The notes: generated by a model not told the origin, from the sequence alone. A DNA stretch of 64,000 bases from Alteromonas sp. (GCA_964220215.1 CAXPTH010000008.1:1-64000); one strand, 5' to 3'. Positions 48,946 through 61,762 are shown, counted from the first letter of the stretch. Made by a program: numbers and translations.

Positions 48946-49523
48946 ACGCCAATCCAATCCAAGAGTTTCGTGCGTGGTATGCCGCAGCCGTTGAGTCTAA
49001 ACAGATTATGGATCCGACGGCCATGGTTGTGGCGAGTGGAAAGCCGGATGGGTCGGTGGATGCTCGGGTTGTCTTATTAAAACAGGTGACGGATGCGGGG
49101 TTTTATTTTGTGAGTAATTATCAATCGTCAAAAGCCCGTGATTTTGAAGCCAATCCGCATGTTGCGGTGGTGTTTCATTGGGATGCTTTGGAGCAACAAA
49201 TTCGCATTCGAGGTCGCATTGCCAAGGCCGAAGCGGCGTTTTCAGACAATTACTTTCAATCGCGGTCTCGCGATAGTCAATTGGGAGCTTGGGCGTCGGC
49301 ACAAAGTCAAGTGATTCCAGATCGAGACGCTTTGAGTCACGCATTGGCCGGGGTTCGTGATCGGTTTGAGGACCAGCCGGTGCCGCGACCCCCGCATTGG
49401 GGAGGCTATTGCATTCAACCCGATGCAATTGAATTTTGGTTGGGACAGCCCCATCGGTTGCATGATCGGTTTTTGTATTCTCGGGTGGGGGATTCTTGGA
49501 CATGTGTTCGACTAAGCCCTTGA
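48942..49523 (+). CDS. pdxH: Pyridoxamine 5'-phosphate oxidase
   Basis: ARVVLLK, NYQSSKA, SQLGAWASAQS, PHWGG, RLHDR. Confidence 0.95.
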   Translation: MNANPIQEFRAWYAAAVESKQIMDPTAMVVASGKPDGSVDARVVLLKQVTDAGFYFVSNYQSSKARDFEANPHVAVVFHWDALEQQIRIRGRIAKAEAAFSDNYFQSRSRDSQLGAWASAQSQVIPDRDALSHALAGVRDRFEDQPVPRPPHWGGYCIQPDAIEFWLGQPHRLHDRFLYSRVGDSWTCVRLSP

Positions 49524-49588
49524 TTTTTTAATGGGTATTCGATACTATTATTAAACCGATACGTGAGGGATATATCCCGACACGCAGT

Positions 49589-49663
49589 GGCCTCATCGTC
49601 TAACGGTTAGGATACCAGGTTTTCATCCTGGCGATCGGGGTTCGATTCCCCGTGAGGCTACCA
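49589..49663 (+). tRNA. tRNA-Glu (TTC)
   Basis: Acceptor stem GGCCTCA/TGAGGCT, anticodon arm CCAGG-TTTTCAT-CCTGG, GTTCGA T-loop, encoded CCA. Confidence 0.95.
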
Positions 49664-49760
49664 ATTTTCTTGAAAAACCCCAATTTTTGTGCTAAACTTT
49701 AGCTTTTGTTGATGGGAAAAATTCTTTTGAAAGATTTTTTGTATACAAGGAGATTAAATT

Positions 49761-50801
49761 TTGGATCATACAGAGTTACTTGAAGATAATGAAATTGGCA
49801 AAATCAATCAATCAAAAGACGAAACAACAGAGGATGAATTTGAGGAAGGGTATGTTAGTCCGGATAACGATGATGCATCGAATTCAGATTCTTCAGGCGA
49901 TGTATTAGCCCTGGATGGCACGGATGATGCGACGGATTTGGACGACTCGGTTAAAATGTACCTGCGCCAAATTGGTAGTGTTAAATTGTTAACGGCGGAT
50001 GAGGAAGTTGAATTAGCCAAGCAAATCAAATTGGGGGATGAGAATCCGGAGTTGTCGCGGTTGGCAAAGGAAAGGCTGGTATCGGCGAATTTGCGTTTGG
50101 TTGTTTCGATTGCTAAGAAGTACACGGGGCAAGGGTTGTTGTTTTTAGATTTAATTCAAGAGGGCAATGCGGGGTTGATTCGAGCGTCGGAAAAATTTGA
50201 TCACGAGCGTGGATTTAAGTTTTCAACCTATGCGACGTGGTGGATTAAGCAAGGGATTACCCGAGCAATTGCGGATCAGTCCCGCATCATTCGGGTACCG
50301 GTGCACATGGTTGAAACCATTTACAAAGTTAAAAAGTTGTCTCGATCGTTGATGCAGGAGTTGGGCCGAAAACCAACCGATGAAGAGATTGCTGAGCGGG
50401 CTGAAATGACCATTGATAATATTCAAGCCATTCGAAAGTATTCCCAAATTCCATTGTCATTGGAAATGCCCATTGGTGATGAAGAATCCTCGCAGTTGTC
50501 GGACTTTGTTGAAGACAAAAACATGGTATCGCCGGAGTCTTCGGCGTTTCAAAATGTATTGAAAAATGAACTCTTAGACTTGATGAGTGTATTAACAGAG
50601 CGGGAGCAAATGATTTTAAAGCTTCGATTTGGGTTTGACGATGGTCGGCCACGAACCTTGGAAGAAGTGGGGCGTGTGTATCGGGTGACTCGAGAACGAA
50701 TCCGTCAGATTGAAGAAAAAGCGTTGCGAAAGTTGCGCTCTCCGGTTCGAAAGAAAAAGTTAAAAGCGTATCGGGAGCAATACGAGTCCATTGATTTTTA
50801 A
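49761..50801 (+). CDS. rpoD: Primary sigma-70 factor SigA/RpoD
   Basis: [41 protein letters not shown]. Confidence 0.92.
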   Translation: MDHTELLEDNEIGKINQSKDETTEDEFEEGYVSPDNDDASNSDSSGDVLALDGTDDATDLDDSVKMYLRQIGSVKLLTADEEVELAKQIKLGDENPELSRLAKERLVSANLRLVVSIAKKYTGQGLLFLDLIQEGNAGLIRASEKFDHERGFKFSTYATWWIKQGITRAIADQSRIIRVPVHMVETIYKVKKLSRSLMQELGRKPTDEEIAERAEMTIDNIQAIRKYSQIPLSLEMPIGDEESSQLSDFVEDKNMVSPESSAFQNVLKNELLDLMSVLTEREQMILKLRFGFDDGRPRTLEEVGRVYRVTRERIRQIEEKALRKLRSPVRKKKLKAYREQYESIDF

Positions 50802-51733
50802 TGCTGATTAACGGCGAATGGCGTGTTCTGGTTCAGGCTAATCAGTATGCGGCCATCATGCCGGAGGGTTTTTTTCGGTGTTCGGGTGCGGATCAAAACC
50901 AGTTTAAGGGGACTCCGGGCCGGTATCGGCTGTATAGTTCGTTCGCCTGTCCGTGGTCGCATCAGGCGTATTTGATGTGGTGTCTGAAGGGGCTGGATGC
51001 GGTGGTTGATGTGCGAATTGTGCATCCGGTTGTGGGGGATTCAGGCTGGGAATTTAAGTCGGGGGAGGGGGTAGTCCCGGATGAAATTGTGACGCGTATT
51101 CGGGATTTGTATATCCAAAGCGAAGCGGAGTATACGGGGTCTGTGACAGTGCCTATCTTGTGGGACAAGGCGCAGGGGGTGATTGTGACACACGATGCGA
51201 CGGATATTTTACAACTGTTGGACCGTCAGTTTGAGAGCGATGTTTCGACGTATTATCCGGTTGAAAAACTGCCGGTTATGCAGTCGGTGAGTCAGTTTAT
51301 TCAGCATTATTTGTATGAAGCGATACACAAAGCAGGGTTAGCGACGACACAATTGGAGTATGAGACGCAGGTGGGGTATGTGTTTAGCGCATTGGATGAA
51401 TTGGATGCTTTGTTGGCCAAAACACGGTTTATTACGGGTGCTGAGCCCACGGCCTGTGATTGTGAGCTATGGCCAATATTGATTCGGTTTGATGCGGTGT
51501 ATTATAGCTTATTTAAGTGCAATCGCCAGCATGTTTGGGATTACCCCAATCTGAGTCGGTACATTCAATCAATGTATCAGTTACCAGGCGTGGCTGAAAC
51601 GGTGAATATGGATCATATTCAGGCCCATTACTATGCCAGTGCTTGGTATAAGAATAATGCCACTATTTTGCCGATTGGGCCAGAATTGCCGTGGCTAAAG
51701 TCTCAGACTCATTCAAATTCAGACCCGGAGTAA
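50801..51733 (+). CDS. Glutathionyl-hydroquinone reductase (YqjG-like GST)
   Basis: RYRLY.S.ACPWSH, VTVPILWDK, RFD.VY...FKCN. Confidence 0.85.
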   Translation: MLINGEWRVLVQANQYAAIMPEGFFRCSGADQNQFKGTPGRYRLYSSFACPWSHQAYLMWCLKGLDAVVDVRIVHPVVGDSGWEFKSGEGVVPDEIVTRIRDLYIQSEAEYTGSVTVPILWDKAQGVIVTHDATDILQLLDRQFESDVSTYYPVEKLPVMQSVSQFIQHYLYEAIHKAGLATTQLEYETQVGYVFSALDELDALLAKTRFITGAEPTACDCELWPILIRFDAVYYSLFKCNRQHVWDYPNLSRYIQSMYQLPGVAETVNMDHIQAHYYASAWYKNNATILPIGPELPWLKSQTHSNSDPE

Positions 51734-51803
51734 TGGGGCGATGTATCAAAGGGGGCGTAACCTTGTGTTTTTTAGGTGTATTTGATAGTATAGTAGCAGA
51801 AAT

Positions 51804-51879
51804 GATTCGGTAGCTCAGTTGGTAGAGCACCTGACTTTTAATCAGGTGGTCGTGGGTTCGACCCCCACCCGAATCACCA
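51804..51879 (+). tRNA. tRNA-Lys (TTT)
   Basis: Acceptor stem GATTCGG/CCGAATC, anticodon arm CCTGA-CTTTTAA-TCAGG, GTTCGA T-loop, CCA end. Confidence 0.95.
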
Positions 51880-51914
51880 AATTTTAGGTGTATAATAAGA
51901 GGAGAGAACAAGCA

Positions 51915-54900
51915 ATGTGGGGTCCCGTAAAAAACCAATCAGCAGGAAAAATGTATGCCGTAATTCCGCAACAAGTACAGCCTCCTTCTCGACCACTTCC
52001 TCCTCAAGGACATACTGCAAATAATGGCTATAGTTCTATTTTGACAAGCATCGGTCAAACCAGTTTAACTCTGTCCGCTGACCTTTTTAGAGATTTTATA
52101 AAGAAAATGCCGAGCTTTTCTTTACCTACTGCATCTGCAGAAAGTGTTACAGATGTAGATCGATTATATCTTGCTGCACAAGATGGTCATGATAAAGTAG
52201 TTGGAGTGCTTCTTGAGAAAGAAGGTATAAATGTAAATCAAGTGACGCAAAATGGTGCTACTGCGTTACAGATTGCTGCACAAAATGGTCATGATAACGT
52301 AGTTAAATTGCTTCTTGAGTATGATGGTATACATATAAATAAACCGATGACACGTGACTTTACTGCGTTACATCTTGCTGCAAAAAATGGTCATGATAAA
52401 GTAGTTGAATTGCTTCTTAAGAAGAAAGGTATAAAAATAAATCAAGTGATAAAAGATGGTGTTACTGCGTTACATCTTGCTGCACAAGATGGTCATGATA
52501 AAGTAGTTGGAGTGCTTCTTGAGAAAGAAGGTATAAATGTAAATCAAGTGACGAAAGAAAGTGCTACTGCGTTACATCTTGCTGCATACTATGGTCATGA
52601 TAAAGTAGTTCAATTGCTTCTTAAGTATGCAGTAGATGTAAATCAAGTGACGCAAAATGGTGCTACTGCGTTACATATTGCTGCACAACATGGTCATCTT
52701 AATGTAGTTAAATTGCTTCTTAAGAAGAAAGGTATAAATATAAATCAAAAGAATAAAAATGACTTTACTGCTTTACATATTGCTGCACAACATGGTCATC
52801 ATAACGTAGTTGAACTGCTTCTTAAATATAAAGGTATAAATGTAAATCAAAATACGAATCAGGGTTTAACTGTGTTACATATTGCTGCACAATATGGTCA
52901 TCATAACGTAGTTGAACTTCTTCTTAATTATCAATATATAAATGTAAATGAAGTGACGACAAATGGTGCTACTGCTTTACATGTTGCCGCAGAAAATGGT
53001 CATCATGAAGTAGTTCAAGTGCTTCTTAATAACGGTATAGATGCAACAAAAACGGTTCGGGACGCTACTGCTTTACATCTTGCTGCACAAAATGGCCATG
53101 CTAAAGTAGTTAAATTGCTTATTGATCATAAAACAAGTCTATATATATGTAAACATAATGGCAGTAATGCGTTACACATTGCTGCAAGATATGGTCGTCT
53201 TGAAGTAGTTCAATTGCTTCTTGAGTATGGAGATATAAATGTAAATGAAAAGACGAATCAGGGATTCACTGCGTTACACATTGCTGCACAATATGGTCAT
53301 CTTAAATTAGTTCGATTGCTTCTTAAATATAACGGTATACATGTAAATCAAGTGACAACAAATGGTGATACTGCGTTACATCTTGCTGTACAAAATGGTC
53401 ATGCTAGCGTAGTTGAATTGCTTACTAATTTCATTATTAATAAAGGTTCAGATGATGAACGGATTGGTCTAGTAAACCATTCTATTGATCGAATAAAGAT
53501 AAAGAGTATAATCACTTTAATTAAAAATATGCAAGATCCAAACAAAAGAGATGCCGTTTTGGGTATGATATCAGAACAAAAATTGTTAGCTATTTCAAAA
53601 GCAGAAGCTGATGCTAGAAAGATTGTATTAACATGGGGTATCACACAAAAAGAAACACAATTAGCTGGAGAAATACTTGAAATAGATAAAGAAGGGTGGG
53701 TGAAAAAGTTATTACCGCTTGACCCTCGTTTACAAGATGAGGCTATGAACAAATTCCTATCAAACGGTGACTCTTTTTTTGAAAACCTTCATGAATGTGA
53801 CAAACAAGAAATATTCAAGCTTATATTCAATACTGCAAAGCAATATCCCCAAACAACAGCATTTATACTGAATCACCATTTTGATTGGTATATAGGTGAA
53901 ATTCAAGCAGATACAAGAATGGAAGGAGAACAACAATATCAAAAATTGTCTAATGTAGCATCAGTAGCAGCAGCAGCAGGAGTTGGAGGAGTCGGTGTAG
54001 CCGTATTTTATTGGTTGCAAAAGAGAGGGTTAGAGGATAGGATTAACAAGTTAGAGAATGAAAAATTAGAAAATCAATCCCGGATTGGCGAGTTAGAGGC
54101 TGAAGAAGAAAAACTGAAATCCCAGATTGGCAATCAAAATACTCAAGAAGAAACCCTAAAAAACCAGATTGTCGAGTTAGAGACTGAAAAATCAGAAAAT
54201 CAATTCCGGATTGGCGAGTTAGAGGCTGACATAAAAAAACTGAAATCCGATCAAGCGGCTGAAAAAAAAGAATTAAACAAGAAGGTTGAAGAATTAACAA
54301 AGCAGGTTGAAAGATACGTAGCAATTTCAATAACGTCAACACTTGAAGACACCACAGCAAAGGCAAGTCTAGAAGCTGAAATTAACGTTTTAAAAGCTGA
54401 AGTTATTGAAAAAGATACGCATATAAAAGCATTACAAACACAGCTGAATTATTTAGGCACTGACTTAAGGCAGTTAAGTGAATCTCATGAATATTTTAAA
54501 GATCAAGTAGAAGAGAACCAAAAAGAAAAAGCTGCTGAACTGGAAGAACTGGAAAGGAAGTTAAGTGAATCAAAAACTGAAATCGATAATTTGAATAAAC
54601 AAATTGATGTTTTTAAACAAAAAATCACTGACATGGATGCCCTTTTAATTAAATATGATGTGCTTACCAAAGAACAACTGGCAGAAGATCTGAAAAAAGC
54701 TTTAGAGATCGCAACAGAATTGCATGCTCAACCAGAAAGAACAGAATTAGATGTTTCTCTGGGTGGTACTGGCTGGACCCGATATTTAGAAGTGAAATAT
54801 AGAGATATCAGTACTGACGAAAAAAGACAACAATTGTTTAATAATTGTAATCGGCAATATGATGCAAGTCGGCAATCAGTAGGTAATCAATGGGGTGTAT

Positions 54901-55379
54901 TTTGTATCGGGACAAGCCATGATAACAAGCACATCAAGAGTTTAGAGAAGAAATGCCAAGCAAATGATTATACATTCATTGATTTGACAGGCAAAAAACC
55001 GGGTGAAGTGGTAGCCCTAATCAAAAATCCGCATGAAAAAAAACCATTTTTTTTCATCAAGAAAGAAGCTATCTGTAAAGAATCTATGCGGTATTTTGAT
55101 GACGAGTTTCCCAAACAGAAGTATCAACAACTGGTCGATCATATTGCAACGTATAATAATGAAGATAATTCACAAGATAGTATAGATAAGCGCATTCATA
55201 GCTTTTATTCAAATTTAGAAATAGATAAAGAGAAAAAATATAAATTAGCTGGACTACTCGGCGAATTCTGGGCGGTAAATTTTTTCACACATTTAACGAA
55301 ATCTGTAGAAGATTTTAGTATTAAGAGTACTGATATTCCGATCGTCGCTATTCCCGCTTCCAATGATTCGGGATCTTGA
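51915..55379 (+). CDS. Large ankyrin-repeat, transmembrane, coiled-coil protein
   Basis: 13 ankyrin repeats (TALH.AA..GH); hydrophobic VASVAAAAGVGGVGVAVFYWL segment; long heptad region; AGGAG RBS before ATG 51915. Confidence 0.85.
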   Translation: MWGPVKNQSAGKMYAVIPQQVQPPSRPLPPQGHTANNGYSSILTSIGQTSLTLSADLFRDFIKKMPSFSLPTASAESVTDVDRLYLAAQDGHDKVVGVLLEKEGINVNQVTQNGATALQIAAQNGHDNVVKLLLEYDGIHINKPMTRDFTALHLAAKNGHDKVVELLLKKKGIKINQVIKDGVTALHLAAQDGHDKVVGVLLEKEGINVNQVTKESATALHLAAYYGHDKVVQLLLKYAVDVNQVTQNGATALHIAAQHGHLNVVKLLLKKKGININQKNKNDFTALHIAAQHGHHNVVELLLKYKGINVNQNTNQGLTVLHIAAQYGHHNVVELLLNYQYINVNEVTTNGATALHVAAENGHHEVVQVLLNNGIDATKTVRDATALHLAAQNGHAKVVKLLIDHKTSLYICKHNGSNALHIAARYGRLEVVQLLLEYGDINVNEKTNQGFTALHIAAQYGHLKLVRLLLKYNGIHVNQVTTNGDTALHLAVQNGHASVVELLTNFIINKGSDDERIGLVNHSIDRIKIKSIITLIKNMQDPNKRDAVLGMISEQKLLAISKAEADARKIVLTWGITQKETQLAGEILEIDKEGWVKKLLPLDPRLQDEAMNKFLSNGDSFFENLHECDKQEIFKLIFNTAKQYPQTTAFILNHHFDWYIGEIQADTRMEGEQQYQKLSNVASVAAAAGVGGVGVAVFYWLQKRGLEDRINKLENEKLENQSRIGELEAEEEKLKSQIGNQNTQEETLKNQIVELETEKSENQFRIGELEADIKKLKSDQAAEKKELNKKVEELTKQVERYVAISITSTLEDTTAKASLEAEINVLKAEVIEKDTHIKALQTQLNYLGTDLRQLSESHEYFKDQVEENQKEKAAELEELERKLSESKTEIDNLNKQIDVFKQKITDMDALLIKYDVLTKEQLAEDLKKALEIATELHAQPERTELDVSLGGTGWTRYLEVKYRDISTDEKRQQLFNNCNRQYDASRQSVGNQWGVFCIGTSHDNKHIKSLEKKCQANDYTFIDLTGKKPGEVVALIKNPHEKKPFFFIKKEAICKESMRYFDDEFPKQKYQQLVDHIATYNNEDNSQDSIDKRIHSFYSNLEIDKEKKYKLAGLLGEFWAVNFFTHLTKSVEDFSIKSTDIPIVAIPASNDSGS
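52168..53430 (+). repeat. Ankyrin-coding tandem repeats (about 99-102 bp unit)
   Basis: Recurrent CTGCGTTACAT.TTGCTGCA...GGTCAT units; 80-bp exact duplicate at 52168-52247 and 52474-52553. Confidence 0.9.
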
Positions 55380-56619
55380 GGCTATTTCGGTATTTGGCAA
55401 TGGTGCGTCGGGCAATTGAGATGGACAAGTCAGTGTGCAATCGGTGGCGCAAGGCTTCGTCGGATAAATCGGGATATTTTTGGCAATAATCATGAATAAT
55501 GGCTTGAAACTGTTGTTTGGTTTTACCAAAATACTCGCGTTGGCACAAGGCTTTTAATACAATAATGCCATGCGATGTTTGGATGGACTTGGCATTGACC
55601 AAGCGCGATACCGTAGACAGCGATACGGATAAATGCTCAGCCAGATCCCGTTGAGCCAAGGGCTTAATGTAAATGGGCCCATGGGTTAAGTAATCCCGTT
55701 GATGCTCGGCAATATACGTGACCAGTTGGTTTAATCGCTCCCATCGTGCTTGAATCGTATCAATCACCGCTTTGGCTTTTTCGTATTGGTCTCGCAAAAA
55801 CTGTCGGGTTTCGGTGGGGGTTTCGGGGGCTTCCAAGATACTCATGTACTCTGGGGATATGGCGGCGGTAACGCCGTTGCGTTGCTCTAAATTTTCAACA
55901 TGAATCGTTTGATCGTCCAAAACAGATACAGAAAATGAAGGATACAACGTCGGGTTGGCATCCGTGCTGGCATACTGATGCCCCGGTTTGGGATGAAACT
56001 GATGGCTGACATAATCTTGAATGGCCATGGCTTGTTCCGGTGTTATACCCAAGGCCTCAGCCCGTGATGCAAGGGTTTTTGTATCGTCAAAATCTTGAAT
56101 ATGATGCTGAATAATTGTGGACAAACAAGTATGCAAGGCATCATCAAAGGCTTTTTGATTGAGCTGAATCATCAAACACTCCGTTAACGACCGGGCGCCC
56201 ACCCCATCGGGTTCAAAGCTCTGAATGATGGTTAATATCGACCGAACCTTTCGTGCCGATACGCCCAACTGTGTTTGAATATCAGCCGATACATCGCCGT
56301 AATTGTGCAGGTAGCCATCGGGGGTAATGGCATCAATGAGATACTCCGCAACGGTGTGATCCGTAGGGCCTAAGTGCTGGTGGGTGAGTTGCTCCATTAA
56401 TACAGCCGTCAGCGTTTTTTCAGGGGCTTGGATGTTGGTGGGTAATTCAACCGTGCTATGCTGCGGGGGGCGGATATCCAGCATGACATTTTTATCACTT
56501 TCTGCATTGATGAGGTCTTGAAGCTCGGCATAACTGAGTTGGAAGTTCCCCAGCAACTGCATGATTTTGGGGGATAACTGTAAGCGCTGGTGTTGCCGAT
56601 GCCCCAACGAATAGTTCAT
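55348..56619 (-). CDS. rpoN: RNA polymerase sigma-54 factor
   Basis: QSFEPDGVGARSLTECL, STVSR, RpoN box ARRTIAKYR. Confidence 0.92.
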   Translation of the reverse strand: MNYSLGHRQHQRLQLSPKIMQLLGNFQLSYAELQDLINAESDKNVMLDIRPPQHSTVELPTNIQAPEKTLTAVLMEQLTHQHLGPTDHTVAEYLIDAITPDGYLHNYGDVSADIQTQLGVSARKVRSILTIIQSFEPDGVGARSLTECLMIQLNQKAFDDALHTCLSTIIQHHIQDFDDTKTLASRAEALGITPEQAMAIQDYVSHQFHPKPGHQYASTDANPTLYPSFSVSVLDDQTIHVENLEQRNGVTAAISPEYMSILEAPETPTETRQFLRDQYEKAKAVIDTIQARWERLNQLVTYIAEHQRDYLTHGPIYIKPLAQRDLAEHLSVSLSTVSRLVNAKSIQTSHGIIVLKALCQREYFGKTKQQFQAIIHDYCQKYPDLSDEALRHRLHTDLSISIARRTIAKYRNSLKIPNHWKRE

Positions 56620-57596
56620 AGGGTTAAATTGGGGGTTGCGGTTATGGCCGTGGGGATGGGGACCTTGCTCTGAAGCATAAAATGCGCCGCCCGACCAATC
56701 ATGGCCGCGTTATCCGTACAATAGGCGAGGGGAGCGGTATGAACCTGAATGCCATTTTTTTCACCGTGTTGGTGCAAGGCATCCCGCAGATAACTATTGG
56801 CACTGACTCCGCCGCACACAACGAGCTGATCGGTATGGGTGTCTAAACAAGCCGGGATTGCTTTATCAATGAGGCTGTCGCAAGCCGCTTTTTGAAAACT
56901 GGCAGCCACGTCGGCTTTGTTCGGTGGATTGTCGCTATTGAGGCAGCGAAATACGGCCGATTTAAGCCCAGAGTAACTAAAGTCTAGGCCTTGTTGATGC
57001 AGGCCTTTGGGCAATTGAACTTGGGTGGGATCCCCCGTTTTGGCTAACGCATCAATCTCAGGGCCTCCCGGATACCGCAAACCCAAGAGCCGAGCCACTT
57101 TATCAAAGGCTTCACCCACCGCATCGTCCCGCGTTTGGCCCAATAGTGTGCACGCAAAATAATCGGTAAATCGGACCAACAAACAATGCCCCCCCGATAC
57201 CAACAGGGCCACAAATGGAAAGGTGGGGAGCGTGTCCATAAAGGCTGAGTAAATGTGCCCATGCAGGTGGTTGACGGGGATTAACGGGCGCGATAGGGTA
57301 GACGCAATCGCTTTGGCCGTTGTAATGCCAACCAGCAACGCCCCTTCTAAACCCGGGCCATACGTTACAGCGATGGCATCTAGGCGACTCCAATCCCAAT
57401 GGCTCTGGTCTAAGCATGCTTGAATGAGTCGGTGAATATGATTGCCATGCTGCCGAGAGGCAATTTCGGGGACAATGCCGTTGTGGGGCCGGTGATGCTT
57501 GTGTTGATTGCGGGTCAGCAATTCAACGAGATTGCCGTTATCCAGTGTGGCAATGCTGGTATCATCGCACGATGTTTCAATGGCTAGAATACGCAT
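56616..57596 (-). CDS. tsaD: tRNA threonylcarbamoyltransferase TsaD
   Basis: IETSCDDT, GIVPEIASRQH, HLHGH, DDAVGEAFDK, CTDNAAMI. Confidence 0.96.
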   Translation of the reverse strand: MRILAIETSCDDTSIATLDNGNLVELLTRNQHKHHRPHNGIVPEIASRQHGNHIHRLIQACLDQSHWDWSRLDAIAVTYGPGLEGALLVGITTAKAIASTLSRPLIPVNHLHGHIYSAFMDTLPTFPFVALLVSGGHCLLVRFTDYFACTLLGQTRDDAVGEAFDKVARLLGLRYPGGPEIDALAKTGDPTQVQLPKGLHQQGLDFSYSGLKSAVFRCLNSDNPPNKADVAASFQKAACDSLIDKAIPACLDTHTDQLVVCGGVSANSYLRDALHQHGEKNGIQVHTAPLAYCTDNAAMIGRAAHFMLQSKVPIPTAITATPNLTL

Positions 57597-57856
57597 TAGA
57601 GAAACAATTGAAGCAGAAAGGACTCAAGGATTTGAATACCAATAAATGCGAAAATGGGGGATAGATCAATGCCCATGCGATTGGCTGGGATGATCCGTTG
57701 AAAGGGCAATAGCATGGGGTCGGTGACCCGGTAAATGACGTCAATAAAGGGGTGGTATCGGTTGTGCGGGACCCACGAAAGAATGACGCGAATAAATAAA
57801 CTAATATGCGCCAATTGGGCGGCGGTTTTAATGACCGTATACAGGGCTGGGATCAT
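57596..57856 (-). CDS. yggT: YggT family membrane protein
   Basis: ILSW.P....P......TDP.L.P......IDLSPI; follows proC. Confidence 0.9.
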   Translation of the reverse strand: MIPALYTVIKTAAQLAHISLFIRVILSWVPHNRYHPFIDVIYRVTDPMLLPFQRIIPANRMGIDLSPIFAFIGIQILESFLLQLFL

Positions 57857-58626
57857 GATGGTGCTCCCAATGCCTTGGATCGGTCAATAGCGGCCTGGAT
57901 AACCGTCTGCAACTGTTGGGCCATGGTTTCGGTGTCAAATGTTTGGATGCCCGCAGCGGTGGTGCCCCCGGGTGAGCATACGGCATCGACCATAGCATCC
58001 AATGTGGCCATGGACACTGATTCGTGGCCTTGTACCAATTTGGCCGAGCCTAAGGCCGTTTGGGTCACCAAGTCTAGGGCAACGGATTCGGACAATCCAG
58101 CTTGAACCCCGGCGTTTGCAAATGCCTGAATGATCCGATAAAAAAAGGCCGGGCCGCTGCCACTTAATGCGGTAATCGTGTGCATGTGATCTTCATCCGA
58201 TACGGTTACGGTTAGGCCAAGGGGCTCAAATAAGCGACAGGCAAAGGCTTTAAAGGTTGAATCACTTGCTTCATTAAAACACAGAGCGCTCACCCCAGCG
58301 TGAATGCGGACTGCTAAGTTGGGCATCACCCGACACACCGGAACGGCGGTTGGGTACTGATTCAGGGGAATGCCAGCTGCCATCGAGATTAGCGGGGGGT
58401 GCGAGTCGGGTAGGCTGGCTAATGCGGCTGGAATATCCTTGGGCTTCATGCCCAACACGACGCAATCCGAGCGACGGCATAAATCATCCACCGATACATG
58501 TTCCACATGGGGATTGTCAGAATATGGGTCATACCCCAAGCGTTGAATGTCCGGGGCAGCGGTTTTCAGCCCATCAATAATGGCACTGGCCATGGTTCCC
58601 AATCCCATGAATCCCACAACAGTCAT
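57853..58626 (-). CDS. proC: Pyrroline-5-carboxylate reductase
   Basis: GFMGLGTMA, RVMPN, SGSGPAF, SPGGTT. Confidence 0.93.
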   Translation of the reverse strand: MTVVGFMGLGTMASAIIDGLKTAAPDIQRLGYDPYSDNPHVEHVSVDDLCRRSDCVVLGMKPKDIPAALASLPDSHPPLISMAAGIPLNQYPTAVPVCRVMPNLAVRIHAGVSALCFNEASDSTFKAFACRLFEPLGLTVTVSDEDHMHTITALSGSGPAFFYRIIQAFANAGVQAGLSESVALDLVTQTALGSAKLVQGHESVSMATLDAMVDAVCSPGGTTAAGIQTFDTETMAQQLQTVIQAAIDRSKALGAPS

Positions 58627-59066
58627 GAGCGTGCGATCCAACGATACGGAATCCGGTGAGTCGTATTTATACGCAAGGCCTTATTTTTTTGATAATTATT
58701 TTTTTTGAATTCAGCCGTTTCAATGAGTAGCTGCAACGCATCTTTCGTGCCTGAGTTTGGCAAATGCGCATACAATTCTTGGTAGTCGGCATGTAGAGCA
58801 TCTAGCCACTGGGGATTGTCTGAATCGGCTGCAAATTGGGTTTGGTGGTGCCGTATGGCTGATTTAATGGTCCGGGTTTGGTCCGTATCTGGGGCTAGGC
58901 TTGCGTATCGGCGATACCGATAGATGGCCTCAATATAGTCTTTTTTGGCTTGAATTTCAGTGTCGGCGAGTCGATTGAGGGTGTTGGTGCCGCCTTTAAT
59001 CGTAATAAACACAGAAAAGATTAGAAATGCTGCCCAAAATAGAGAATTGGATGCCCGTTGAGACAT
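58623..59066 (-). CDS. Hypothetical membrane-anchored protein
   Basis: N-terminal TM then helical region; tightly packed in the operon. Confidence 0.55.
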   Translation of the reverse strand: MSQRASNSLFWAAFLIFSVFITIKGGTNTLNRLADTEIQAKKDYIEAIYRYRRYASLAPDTDQTRTIKSAIRHHQTQFAADSDNPQWLDALHADYQELYAHLPNSGTKDALQLLIETAEFKKNNYQKNKALRINTTHRIPYRWIARS

Positions 59067-59071
59067 AGCGC

Positions 59072-61142
<2,071 letters not shown>

Positions 61143-61153
<11 letters not shown>

Positions 61154-61418
61154 TAGACTCCGGATAGGATTTGCTGAGATAAAAACAAAATGAAAGCGAA
61201 CCCAAAAAACCAAACAGTGAAAAAATTAAAATGGCATCAATGTACAGGCTGGTTTTCCATAATACAGAGACAATAATAATACCGGCAATAACACTAATAG
61301 ATAGACTATCAAATCCAAGCACCCGATCAAATACAGTGGGCCCCTGAATCAGTCGCCAACAGGATAAAAAGATAGAGATGCTAATTAAAATAATGGATAA
61401 AGAAAATAAAATACTCAT
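61143..61418 (-). CDS. mrpF: Na+/H+ antiporter subunit F
   Basis: RLIQGPTVFDRV...D. Confidence 0.9.
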
Positions 61419-61762
61419 GATGCTAGGACTCGCTTTAATGGCCGATGCAATGTTTTTTGAATGCTGTTTCGAACAGCATCTGGGTCTTTAGCATCAAAGG
61501 CATGAATGGTTAATTCTTGTTTTTTCGCACACAAATACACACTGGTTGTTCCGGGTGTTAGCGTAATCATGTGGGAGAGGATCAACATTTCAAGTTTTGA
61601 ACATCTCTTCAAATCATAAATTAGAAAACCTGGGTTTAAATCTTTGTTTCGAACAAACAGAACCGCATAGGCTAACTGCAGGTTAGCGATAACCAGTTCT
61701 TTAATAAAGACAAAGACTAAGAGGATACCCGCTAGGCATTGCTTAATGCGCATCATAATCAC
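61415..61762 (-). CDS. mrpE: Na+/H+ antiporter subunit E
   Basis: KELVIAN, ITLTPGT, IH. Confidence 0.88.
   Translation of the reverse strand: MIMMRIKQCLAGILLVFVFIKELVIANLQLAYAVLFVRNKDLNPGFLIYDLKRCSKLEMLILSHMITLTPGTTSVYLCAKKQELTIHAFDAKDPDAVRNSIQKTLHRPLKRVLAS

Noticed and set aside
49561..49584. Hairpin GGGATATATCCC upstream of tRNA-Glu as a terminator or ncRNA
   Set aside because: Short, no U-tract; probably part of the tRNA leader.
51663..51938. 91-aa minus-strand ORF
   Set aside because: Antisense shadow of tRNA-Lys.
51804..55379. Integrative element or prophage at tRNA-Lys
   Set aside because: No integrase, phage genes or duplicated tRNA 3' end seen.
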